A stretch of 63,075 nucleotides of DNA, filler included, from Pelomyxa schiedti (taxonomy: Eukaryota > Protista > Evosea): assembly GCA_020536535.1 (NCBI GenBank). It is 7 parts of 7 records of this genome, joined end to end, with 100 filler letters (N's around TTAATTAATTAA, not from the genome) between each part and the next. Parts side by side here need not be neighbours in the genome. Positions count along the whole stretch, not along the records: positions 19,510 to 23,743 come from JAHLWZ010000039.1; positions 23,844 to 48,857 come from JAHLWZ010000538.1; 5 more parts are not named here. One strand, written 5' to 3'. Below, in pieces: positions 21,830-36,778 of this stretch; the stretch's first letter is position 1; the number at the start of each line of letters is the position of its first letter. The position numbers were made by a program, and so were the translations under genes. Under the pieces are notes generated by a model, which saw only the letters and a program-made list of their open reading frames with translations, was not told where the DNA came from and did no database searches.

Positions 21830-22997
21830 ATGATGCTTCTGGGGAACCGCAGGGGAACCCCTGGGACCAGCGCGGCCACCAACGTTGTTATTGACCCGGG
21901 ATTCGCGGAGAACATCGTTCGTAACATCTACGACTTGAAAACGTTGTCAGCCCTCGACAGGGTCAACAAACTATTCCACTCCTTCGCTTCAATGTATGTA
22001 TCTATGTCGCTTGTCCCAACACAGCGAATTAATTAATCAATGACTGAGGGGTGTGTTGTGGTGACAATTGTTAACATTCAACAAAGAAAGCTGAAGGCAC
22101 TTCACACAGAGAGTTGTGTGAAGTGGGTGACAGAACGACCACCACTGCCGAAGCCTGGAATTTGGGTTGGGATCACAGGGATCAAGGTGTGTGTGATTGG
22201 GGACACTGAATCCGGAAAGACCTGCATTGTGGATCGGCTCGCTGGCAGAGATTTGCGGGAGGTGCATGAACCCACAAAAGGAGCATGTCAGGTGACTGCC
22301 ATTGCTCCTTTGGATGGAGGGACTGTCAAGTTAGAACTCTTGGGTGTCTTTCCACGACCGCCTTATTTATTCATATCTATGATTTATCTAAACAATAAAT
22401 AAGTAATACACCTTCAATTGGCAATTCCAACTCTTTCTTCAGACACTGGCGGACAGGAAAAATTCCGCTCACTGGTGGGTGGTTAATCAATTGTTTTGTT
22501 CTAACAAATTATGGCAGTGGCCAATGTTCTACCGGAAATCTGCTGCCATTCTTCTTGTGTATGATGTGTCAAACAGTGCATCTCTCATCGCATTAAAAAC
22601 AGTCCTCACTGAAATTCGTATACTTGACGCCACAATCAAGGTTTTCGAACACAACATCCCACCCACTGAAAAAAACAAACAGTTTCTCCTGTGTGGAAAC
22701 AAGGCGGATACGAAAGGCACTACTGCATTACTCTCAGCTCATTGTGGAGAGACAGTAACATATTCACAGGGCCTTGAGTTTGCACAATCCTGCCACTGTG
22801 ATGGGTTCCTTGAAGTGTCTGCAAAGACCATGAAGAACATTCCAGAGCTCCTCACAGCGCTTGGACACTTGGCACTGGAACACATTGCTACTCGCAACAA
22901 CCCTGACACAGAGTCAGGCAAGATGCCCAGAGGAAGCAGGAGGCCACTGGGTGGCCACCATACAATTTACGTTGCACCTCCCTGCATGTTGATGTGA
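21830..22997 (+). CDS. Rab-like small GTPase with F-box-like N-terminus and C-terminal CaaX (multi-exon)
   Basis: G1 GDTESGKT, G3 DTGGQEKFRSL|WPMFYR, AAILLVYDVS, G4 GNKAD, G5 EVSAK, C-terminus CMLM*. Confidence 0.85.
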
Positions 22998-23194
22998 GGA
23001 AAAGAAAGCAAACAAGCATTCTTTTGCATAGGAAATAGTGGATTTAACTTAAGGCTAGTGATGGTCCGAATCCACCTCGAGGAAAACGGTTGGANNNNNN
23101 NNNNNNNNNNNNNNNNNNNNNNNNNNNNNNNNNNNNNNNNNNNNNNNNNNNNNNNNNNNNNNNNNNNNNNNNNNNNNNNNNNNNNNNNNNNNNN

Positions 23195-23519
23195 AAAAAA
23201 CAAACAGTTTCTCCTGTGTGGAAACAAGGCGGATACGAAAGGCACTACTGCATTACTCTCAGCTCATTGTGGAGAGACAGTAACATATTCACAGGGCCTT
23301 GAGTTTGCACAATCCAGCCACTGTGATGGGTTCCTTGAAGTGTCTGCAAAGACCATGAAGAACATTCCAGAGCTCCTCACAGCACTTGGACACTTGGCAC
23401 TGGAACATATTGCTACTCGCAACAACCCTGACACAGAGTCAGGCAAGATACCCAAAGGAAGCAGGAGGCCACTGGGTGGCCACTCTACAGTTTACGCACC
23501 TCCCTGCATGTTGATGTGA
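23195..23519 (+). CDS. Last exon of a second Rab-like GTPase copy
   Basis: FLLCGNKAD...EVSAK...PPCMLM*, slightly diverged from 22683-22997. Confidence 0.75.
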
Positions 23520-23843
23520 GGAAAAGAAAGCAAACAAGCATTCTTTTGCATAGGAAATAGTGGATTTAACTTAAGGCTAGTGATGGTCAGAATCCACCTC
23601 AAGGAAAACGGTTGGACGAGTCTCACCATCTGATGGAGGAGTACATGGTGAGGGCTCAAGGTGCAAGGCGGGTGAAGAGGTTTCCAGTGAAGGCACATCT
23701 GTGGATTGTTCATCTGTAAAAAAAGTTAGGATTATGTGGGTGGNNNNNNNNNNNNNNNNNNNNNNNNNNNNNNNNNNNNNNNNNNNNTTAATTAATTAAN
23801 NNNNNNNNNNNNNNNNNNNNNNNNNNNNNNNNNNNNNNNNNNN

Positions 23844-26968
<3,125 letters not shown>

Positions 26969-27014
26969 TTGCTTGCAAGCACCCCACTGTTTAACTTATC
27001 CTTTTTTTTTTTGA

Positions 27015-30000
27015 TTAGATGGCTTTGGTGATTCTGCAGGCACAGGCCTTGAACTCAGGGATTGCGGCTACTGGGTCGAGAGCGTCGTTGGTGAGTATGT
27101 TGCAGGGTGCCTCCGCGAAGTGGAATGGAAGGAACACCACGCCCACGCGCACCCGCGAGGGCACGAGGGCCACGGCCGTGATCGAGCCGCGGGCGGTCGT
27201 GATCGTGACCTGGTCGCGGTCGCGGACTCCCAGCGCCTCCGCGTCGTGGGTGCTGATCTCCACGTGTGTCGTGGGCGCGAGCCGGTTCAGTCCCTGTGTC
27301 GCGGGATATCAGTGCGCAATCAGTTTGTGAGATGTTGTATGAGTAGTCGTGTAGTTTTGTGGTTTGATGTGTTAGTGGAATGTGGGGGCTTGGTGTTTTT
27401 TTTTTTTGTTGGGCAACATACGGGGCATTTTCGGGACATTGTGCCGGTGTGATATTGGTACAAGAGACGCCTAAATCGGTCGGAGTGAGAAGGGAACAGG
27501 GAGGAGGGAAATTAGGGGAGGGAATAATACCCGGTGGTCATGAGAAGTGGGAATTCGGGACTTGGTGTTTCTGCCGGCTCTCGGAATGGGACAGCTGAAA
27601 ACAGGCCCTTTTTGGTTTTTCCAGTGGGTTCATTTGTATTTCAAGTGAAGAATAGAGAATGTGTTACCTTGCCTCTAGTGAATTTCCCATCTTTATGTAA
27701 GTATGGAGTCCCTGGGTGGTTTGCATTTGGGCACGGCCATTGTAATCCCTTTACATTAACTCGTTTGTTGGTGATTCCCTCATAAGAGGGTGTCAGGGCG
27801 TTGATTTCATCCTTTGGTAGCATAAAATTAAACTAAATAAAAAGACCTGTTTAGAAACAATACCAGTATCTCATATGCATTTGCGTAGCAAAGGTGGAAC
27901 CTCATCCGATTAGCAAAATCAACCAGAATTTCCCAGTCCTGCCTTACTCCAGGGGGCGGTGCCATTGCCCTCTGAACGCGCACACATCGCCTTTCAGTAT
28001 TTGTGAAAGTTCTGTTTTATGTGAGCTCAAACTTGTGTGATTGCAATTCACTTACCCAGTTTTCTCAAACAAACTTGCAGCGGGAAGCACGACATGTGCC
28101 AACTTTGCTGTCTCAGTAAGAAATATATCTTGAACAACAAAAAACTCCAGTCGCTTCAGTGCTTGCTCAACGTGATGGAGATTTGGGTCACTAAGCATTG
28201 GATTTTCTCCCATGCAGTAGATGGCCTTTATCTTTCCCTCATACGCTAGGTTGATTGCCTGTGTTATGGTATTTCCCACCTTGAAGACTGTAAGATATTC
28301 GCAATATAACAGCTTTCAACCTTGCTTGACAGTGTCACTCCCCAAGCTCTCTCAAACTTAGCCTTAACGGCAGGGTCAGTGACTCTCTGGTAGCCTGAAA
28401 AAACATTGGGCAATGCTCCCATATCACAGGCACCTTGCACATTATTTTGTCCTCTGAGAGGATTGACACCTGTTGATGGCCGTCCAATCTGACCCTAATA
28501 TTATTGAATTAAACGTCGGCACCTTCGATGACATAGGCATACACATAGCATGGCCAGGTTTGCGAGTGTCAATACGTTATCAACCCCGGTTGAGTGCTGC
28601 GTGATGCCCATCGAAAAGATAATGCTACCTACATGGAAATAAGTGATGCGGGTATGTAAGCTTTTTCATACTTTTGCTGCTTGTTGCATACAATCTTGCA
28701 GCTTTTCTTATGTCAGATGCTAATACTCCTGTGATGAGCTCTGCTGCCTCGGGAGTATACTTCCCAACCTACACAGTTGTTTCGTTTATAGGTGGTCATG
28801 TTTTTGTTGCTAACCTCAGTCTCAAAGGTAGTAAAATTTTCGGTACATTCGTCAATGAACTTCTTGGCCATCAATCTCTCAGATATGATTACATTCATCA
28901 TGGCATTGAATAAAAACACGTCAGTTCCTGGTCTATGAGCCATGTGCAAACAGGCAAAAGCCTTTTTTGTGGTAAACACTTGGTTTCATATGATGAAAAG
29001 AACTTATACAGTTAAATTTATGGATCGAGGATCAGCCACGATCAGTTTTGCACCTCGTTTAGCTGCAGCTTTTATCCGGAGTCCAATGATTGGATGTGTC
29101 TCAGTAGTATTAGAACCTTTGAGACTATTAAAAAAAACCGATTATCGGTAAAAAGTAAGACACCTGTAACCAGTATGCAGTCGGCAAACTCAAGTTCATC
29201 AATTGTGTTAGTCATGGCACCACTTCCAAATGCAGTTGCCAGACCAGCTACAGTTGAAGCATGACATAGCCTTGCACAGTGGTCTACATTATTTGTCCCA
29301 AAGACACCCCGAAACACTTTCTGGAACAGGAAATTCTCTTCATTTGTAACTTTTGCTGATGAAAAGCCTTGGATCACTTCACTTCCATCTCTAGCTTTAA
29401 TCTGTTTCCAAGAATAAATAAATAACCTTGGCAAATAGAAAGAAACATGGTACCTCGGAGAACTTCGCAGCAACTAAAGTCATAGCCTCATCCCAAGAGC
29501 AGGGTACAAGAACTCCATTCTTTCTAATCAAGGGAGTTGTTAAACGCTCCTTAGACGTATTGTAGTCCTTGTTTTGGGTTAGTAAGGGAGAGTGCATTGA
29601 GTACATACAATTAATCCAAATCGGCCCTTGACACACAACTGCCCATGTGATGCATCAGAGGAAGTATCCCCCTTTATTGCGATTGGGAATCCATTCCGTT
29701 TGTGAATTTGTATCCCACATCCACAACCTATCGGCAATGTGAATTCACACTTTTTTTCTTAGAGCATACCACAATAGGAACACGTGGAGGCGATAACCGC
29801 ATCGGGAGATAGTTCTTTCAGTGCCGGGTAAAGAGCATTCGTCGGACAAGAATCCACGCAGGTTCCACATGATTCGCATGCATGTGCTGACCACTTTCCA
29901 TTCCGTGTACTTGTGTCAACTGCATTCCATCTCATACTACACATGTCTTCAATGGCATTGACATTTCGGACCCCAGAACAAACGTTGAAGCACTCTCCGC

Positions 30001-32696
30001 AGCGAATGCACTTGTCCAGATCTCTATGAATAAATTCATTGGCTACTTCGAGTGCCTGGGGTTTAACAGGAATTACTGTTTTGCTCTCAACTCCGACGCT
30101 ATTAGCAACCTATGTTGAAATTAGTGTACGCACGAAGATTCAATTTCATGTGCACCTGGCGCAGCACACATGTTCTTGGATTTCCACATCCACATTGTAG
30201 GCACCGTGAAGCCTCGTTTTGTGCTGTCTTCAGATCAAAAGGAGTTGTGATGGGAGTGAAAGTCAGGGGTGCTTCCGTTGGTGAATGGATATCTACTCTT
30301 GTATGGTTCCTTGCTAAAAGGGGAGTAGTGGAGAAGTATGGCACTCTTTTAGGGCCAGATAACACCGAGTTCTGAGAGTGAAGTAACTCTGGCAGTGTTC
30401 CTCGGCTGTGGTAATACTTGAGACTATCAAATTCCTCCTTCAGAAGGCCATAAGAAAACCAAGATAAATGCTTGAAACGGGAGGTACCTCGGCTGTCTGG
30501 TTGTTGACCACTCCCGTTGTCAGCAACTCATTGATGGCTGATGCTGCAATTCTTGCAGAATTGACACTTTGCACAACTGTCACTGGGGATAACACAGCGT
30601 CACCGCCTGCAAAGACTCCAATGCACTTTTGCAGTGGGTTCGTTTTCCCAATTTCGATTGCATAGGTTTTGGGGTCAACTCTAATACAGTTCCCCTAGAA
30701 CACGCATTACAAGGGCGGGTAGCTTCCACAAGAGGAACGTATACCCGTTGGTTCAGAGCAATTCCAAGTTTATTGCACAAGCCAGTGTCAAGGCGCTGAC
30801 CAATTGCGATGATTACCGTGTCAACCACATATGAGTACTCGGTTCCAGGAATTGAAATTGCAAAATCGAAGATATCCGCAGTTTTTGGTCGCTTCCTATA
30901 CTGAATTTCCAGGTGATCACTGCCATCAAGTCCTTTTTGTTGCATTATTTTCATAGGTTGAGCAAGGCAATCCAGCTTGATTCCCTCCTCGAGGCATTCC
31001 TGGATTTCCGTAGGATGTGCGGGCATGTTTTCTCTGCAATCGATATAAGATTGATTATGGGAAAAGGTTCACCTCTTCAAGATACAACTTAGTACTACTG
31101 ATGACGCTCCCATACGAACGCAAGATCGAGCTACATCAGCAGAAACATTTCCACCACCAATCACGACTACACGTTTTCCAATTGGTGGTGGAACTCCACA
31201 AGCAACTTTCTCAAGAAAGTCGACGCCTCCCAGTACACCCTGTATGGGAAAGTAAATATCGAAAAGCAGTAAAAAGCTTCCCTTACAGGGAGATCGCTTC
31301 CCGGAAACCTAAGCATAGTGGGGAGCTGTGATCCAATGGCAATGTAAACCGCATCAAAGTCCCTTTTCAATTCCTCCAATGTGATATTTGTTCCCAGCCT
31401 CATATTACAACGAATATCCACCTGAAACAATTATTGAGGAAATGAAATGAGTAGAAATGAGTCTCTCTTACCCCGAAATCAGTGCAAAGGTAGTTAATTT
31501 CATCATCAAGATCAACTTTAGACAGCCTGTATTCTGGAATACCATACCGTAACATTCCACCGGGAAGAGGGTGTCCTTCAAAAACGACCGCTTTGTGGCC
31601 AAATCTCGTCAAAAAATGTGCTAAAAAGAGAAAGGCATGGAGTCAGATATTTTCGGAATTAGAATAATAATACACAATACCGCAGGCTAACCCGGCTGGC
31701 CCGCCACCCACAATCCCAACTGTTTTCCCAGTTGGTGGCTGTATTGTGGGTCTCAATCTTCCATTATCTCTGTCAATCAGTTTTGTTAAAAAAACAAAAG
31801 AAACAGGGGAATAACACAAAACGAAAGACGAACCAAACGGGAAAAAAAACCAAGTAAAACGACACGCACCCACCGTAAAAACAAAAAAAAAAAAAAAAAA
31901 AAAACTGTCGCGGACGTGACATGGCATGCCTATTATACAAGTACAAGAACCTCTTCACGTCGTTTATGTTAACGGGCTCGTCTATCACGTTCCTCCTGCA
32001 CGCGTCCTCACAAAACCGTGGGCACACAGTCCCGCACACCAACGAGAATGGGTTCCGCTCAACAACGCACAGCAGCGCCTCTTGGTATCGCCCTTCCCGC
32101 ACAAGCCGAAGGAAATCCCCGGCTGGCACTCTGTGTTATGTGTTGACGGTTCAGAGTGATATAAAACTATGGGGGAAAAAAAAGGCCTACTCACTTGCAT
32201 GGGCACGCCATCTGGCATGGTGGGTAACAATCCCCAATGTGGTTATCCAGAATCTGGAACCCCCTGTTCAGTGCAAAAATAACCCTTCAATAAATGGAAA
32301 AGCACCCACAGTTTGTAGCATTCGTTTCTGAGCGTCCCTGGCCGCCGCGGAACAGAACGACACGATGGTCCCCTTTGGCATGTCGGCGGCCCTCTCCGCT
32401 GCGGCGTCCCTCGCGACCCCAGCGGGGCTCCCCGGGAGCGTGAACTCGGCCCACACCGCCGCCGTGTTGCACCAGGGCGGGGCGCCCCCCGTGGCCTGCC
32501 TGTGCCTCTGCTGCGACGCCGCGGTGGCCCCCACTTGGTGCGGGGGCCTCCTGGTCAGGCTGGGCAGGGAAATCCCCGCCCGGGAGGCCACGGCAGCCAC
32601 GGAGTCCTCTGTGCCTGGGGGGATGGTGACTGTGGTGCCATCGATGACGATGGTGGTGTCGGGGCGCGGTGGTGGCTGTTGTTGTGGGGTCTGCAT
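27015..32696 (-). CDS. fdhF: Mo/W-bis-PGD formate dehydrogenase alpha-like protein fused to a GltD/SfrB-type FAD/NAD(P)H oxidoreductase and Fe-S domains; about 25 spliceosomal introns
   Basis: Spliced order: degenerate 2Fe-2S fold; [15 protein letters not shown]; [15 protein letters not shown]; [10 protein letters not shown]; [13 protein letters not shown]; [12 protein letters not shown]; [10 protein letters not shown]; [11 protein letters not shown]; [12 protein letters not shown]; CSYCGCGC...LCVKG; [14 protein letters not shown]; [15 protein letters not shown]; [12 protein letters not shown]; TFTNTERR; [15 protein letters not shown]; GVVFLPFHF...NILT...IPEFKACA. Confidence 0.93.
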
Positions 32697-33005
32697 CAGT
32701 TACCTCCACAGTGTTGTTGTTCTTCGGCGTTGGTCGAATTCTTGGTTGGTCTGTTCGTGGTTGTGTTCTTCACATTCCTGTGAAGAACCAGGAATATTCT
32801 CACCCATTTTGGTTTACGTTACACTCGCGGCGTGGAACCGGGTTCACTACGGTCGTGGCGTAATCAAACGAATTACAAGTGTAACTTCTTGATGATTCCC
32901 CGAATCACTGTGTCAGAGAGACTCGATCCAGAGGACAATCACCCAAAAACACAAGGAACTCCCAACACCCAGACCTTCTTTTCTCAGTCTTCTTGCGAAT
33001 CAGAG

Positions 33006-34287
33006 ATGAATGGGGCTAGCTGGTTGTGCGATGACGTGCCAATGGAAGCGTCGAGGGTGCTGTTGTGGAAGCAGCGCAGTGAGGAGTTGTCCCATAATGT
33101 CGCTAGCCACGTGGGCGCCGACAGGTTGTCTTCGGCTGCGATCGAGTGTCAGCAGTACCGCGGGTACTTGGCCGGATTGGGCTCCCATAATTGGATCAAC
33201 ACCGAAACACTGTCAACTACAACGACAACACAGTTGAGTGACAACAATTGCCAGAAAACACGTGGAAACGAAATACTGTGTGTACGTGTTGCTTTCTTTT
33301 TATTTTCTTTATATAGAGGTTGATATATATTTGCTGGGATTAGGACACCTAATGTAATTTTAGTGATTTGGGGTAATTACAATATGCAGCTTCTACCCAT
33401 TTGGGGGGGTTGATGTGATCCACCCTCTGTGGCTTTTTGGGCATGTGAAGCACGTTGTGTTTAGCTCCGCGGAAATATTTGGGGCATCTGAAGATTCTGT
33501 TGTGCGGGATTTGAACACTTTGTGTGAATCCGGGTCCAAATACTTACAACTGGTAGATTTGCTTTTTTCTTTCAAATTCTGCTTCATCGTGCTTCCAACT
33601 AATTCCTCGCAGGGCATGGGTGCAACTATGTTTGACTCCTTTGCTGATTTACAACAACTGCAGGATACTTATGGAATGAGTGGAGTTGGAGCAATGGCTT
33701 TGATAAGATTGGTTATAGTTGGAAATCAGCAGGTGAATAATATTACCATTTTATTTATTCACTTTATTATGAAGATAATGAATGTTCTCCTGTTCTCCTT
33801 TCGAGAAAACGGAGCAATAGCATTTAAGCGGCCCGGGGAAGGCATATTTTGTCCGCACGCATTAGTAATAACACAGGATGCGGGCTCCTCAGAACCAACA
33901 ACCCCTAGATACATGTGGTATCTTCCCACCTTAGTTTTCAATTCTGTAATCGTTAGAAGGTTCTTATACCACAATATCCACATTCCCGATCCAACAATAG
34001 ATGCTGTATTTTCCAGTCTTAACCCAAGCATAGTTCTATTTAAATCAGCACCTGAAACACTCTTCAACACTGCCAACTCTGAAACTCTCAACAGGCGAGT
34101 ATACACACCACTCAGGAAAGGCTTTGTGTGTGTTACAGACAGCTCGCAAGGGTTCTCCACCATGTTCCCTGACCACCTACAACCCTTTGTGACCAGTACC
34201 TCCAGCATCCATTCTATCGACTTCCACGCCATGACAGGACACAAATTTGGATATGGCGATATCATATTCTGGTTCCCTGTCCACTGA
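33006..34287 (+). CDS. Hypothetical multi-exon protein, divergently transcribed from the FDH gene
   Basis: ATG 33006 (MNGASWLCDDVPME...). Open exons are separated by AT-rich GT-AG introns; ends ...GHKFGYGDIIFWFPVH*. No recognisable domain. Confidence 0.6.
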
Positions 34288-34381
34288 CTCCTTGTCACCA
34301 ATCAACCTTGCTCTTTGTAAAAAGGTCTTTTTGTAAATGGTTTTTTTTTTCCCGATTCTTTCTACGCAAACATCAGGTTAC

Positions 34382-36675
34382 CTAGGTATGATTTTTCCCG
34401 GCAGAAAGTTTGGATTCAAGCCACAAGGAACCAGACGGCTTTCCAGTTGCAACACACTGTTGTTTCACATAAAGCTGTATCGAATCAAGGTCACTCAATT
34501 GAAGGAAATTCTCAAAAAGCCACTGTGCCATGTCCACAAAACCAGAGGTGCAACAAATCACCAACGGGAGGTTGCTGTTGTATGTCATATCCCCTGCTGT
34601 GATGTTGAACACATTCGCCAGTGACTTAAGACGCTCAAGGTCACCGTGTCTGCAGCAATGAAGCAGTGTCCTTTTCATAAGCACGTTTCCTTCTGGGGTC
34701 GTTGGATGCAGTGAGAATGGAGGGTGTGCTTTGTTTGGAATGTAATCGTGGAGAATCCAGTCAACAACCTCCAGCTTCCCTTCAGAGAATGCAGTGATTG
34801 CACACAGTTGTATGGTTGCTTCACTAAAGCGGTAGTCATCGCACAGCCACTGAAGAAAGGACAGGTTTCCAGCCAAGCAACTGGATGTGATCAACTTGTT
34901 GAGTTCATTCTGTAACGGTGAGGATGTAAACACAGAGCGGCCACACTGCCAGGCCATCCATTTGGTGAACTCCAAGTCCCAAGTTGATGCCACCGCTGCG
35001 AATACACTGCTCTTATCAGGGCCCCACAGTTTACCGAATGAGGGAAAGGTGGAAATCCAGTGAACAATTTCGACGTGGTGGTGGGAGCATAATGACAGTA
35101 TTTGCTCCTTGGTCACATCAAATGGCTCTGGGATGTTGAACGTCTTGATGAGCCACTGACAGGCCGCCAGGTTGCCACTCGCGAGGCACTCGTGAACGAA
35201 TTCCAAGTGGTGTTTCTGCTGCCTGTCATGCTGTGAGAACTGGGAGTTGAACCACTCGGCAAACTCGATGTTGCCATGACGGCAAATCAGACCAAAACAC
35301 TTTGTTGTAGCTTCAGGGAAAGGGAACCTCCCATTCTTGAGCCTCTTCAGAACGTGTTGTGCCATCTCGAAAGAGTTTCTTGTTGCGAGTGCTTGAAGCA
35401 TCTCTGAAATGTCCATGTCTGCATCACATATCGCAGGCATTTTTTGCAGTACCCACTCGAAGGAATCAACGTCAGCAGTTCTGCAGCAGAGTACCAAAAA
35501 TGATTGAACCCATTCACTGTCACAAGATGGAAAGGTTTCAACCAGCCATTTGACCACCTCTACGTGCCCAGAAGAGATAGCCACAGTCTTGGCTGCAAAA
35601 ACCTCCAAGTCAGAGGATAAGGTGAGCCCAAGTTCATCAAAAAGCCACTTTGCAATGTGAACATGGCCACTTCGACACACCCTTTGGAGCAGTGCGGAGC
35701 CAGAGAATCTTGGAGCGAATGATGCCGGCGTAATATGAATGGTTTCTTTGAGCCAGTAAGCAACCTCTTTGTGCCCCTTTACGCATGCCTCAATGAACAA
35801 ATCAACGCAGCGGTCGTTGTCAGTAAAATTAGAAGGGAACTTTTCATAAAGAAGTTGGGTGATTTCGAGGCACCCGGTTCTGCAACTTGCAATACAATAT
35901 TGCTGGAGAGAGCGTTGTGTCACTGTTGGCGAATGAGAATGTTGAAGGGGAATAAATAAATACGTACAGTCAATTGGCCCCTTTTCAACAAGAACATATC
36001 TCACAAAGGGAATGTTGCCGGATTCTATTGCTACTTGCAAATGATCTGAAAAATACAGCCCAGCATACCCACATTTCTTTTTTAAAAACACAGAGTGAGG
36101 CTCGAAGAGCATTGAAAGAAGAGTCACCAAAAAATAAAACGCACCTTCTCCAGGGCTTTCCCAAATGGGAGTGCATAAGGGATTTCCGCAACAGGACCAA
36201 TGGCAAGGTACGCATCCACTTGTTTCAGCACCATTCCACGAATGCGGTACAGCAATGGGAAAAAAGTGACTGCAATAGTTATCAAGTCCCTCACAACTTG
36301 ACGATGTTCCTTCCTTCACCAATAAATAAGAAGTTCACATCCCACAGCCCAAAGCGATATCAATAAATAAATGAAAGAAAAAGAGCGAGTGGCGTACAAG
36401 TAAAAGTCCTGGTCGGCGGCACCACCGCGTGCGCCACCCACAAGTACGAACTCCCTTGGTATCACCGACTGCATTATCAGGTGCGACCACGCCACAACGT
36501 GCTCAGCACCCACACGGTCCCTCACTTCGACGTCAACCTGTGCCTCCTCGTTGAGGATGATATTGGTCGTTGTTTCTGTTGTCGTTTGATGTGGTTGTTC
36601 GTACTGTTGTTGTTGTTGCTGTTGCTGCTGTTGCTGTTGTTGTTGTTGTGTGTCCCTCGAACCGACGCTCCCCAT
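34382..36675 (-). CDS. Degenerate ankyrin-repeat-like protein, tandem paralogue 1
   Basis: Exon 1 MGSVGSRDT...polyQ. A long terminal exon has repeats ASCRTGCLEITQLL, EACVKGHKEVAYWL, VCRSGHVHIAKWL, ICRHGNIEFAEW, CCTSGFVDMAQWL. Confidence 0.8.
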
Positions 36676-36778
36676 ACTTTTTTGTAGTTCTCGTCTTCGT
36701 TGTTACGAGAATGATCATTTTTTTTTTCTTTTCTATTGTTTCCAAGAGAACCACGTCGACGATCGGGCTTCTGCGGCG

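Noticed and set aside
29264-29266. Selenocysteine at the FDH active site
   Set aside because: The codon is TGT (Cys), not TGA.
27015-32696. FDH locus as bacterial contamination or a frameshifted pseudogene
   Set aside because: Each interruption I traced is bounded by GT/GC...AG, splices back in frame through conserved motifs, and the neighbouring genes are eukaryotic.
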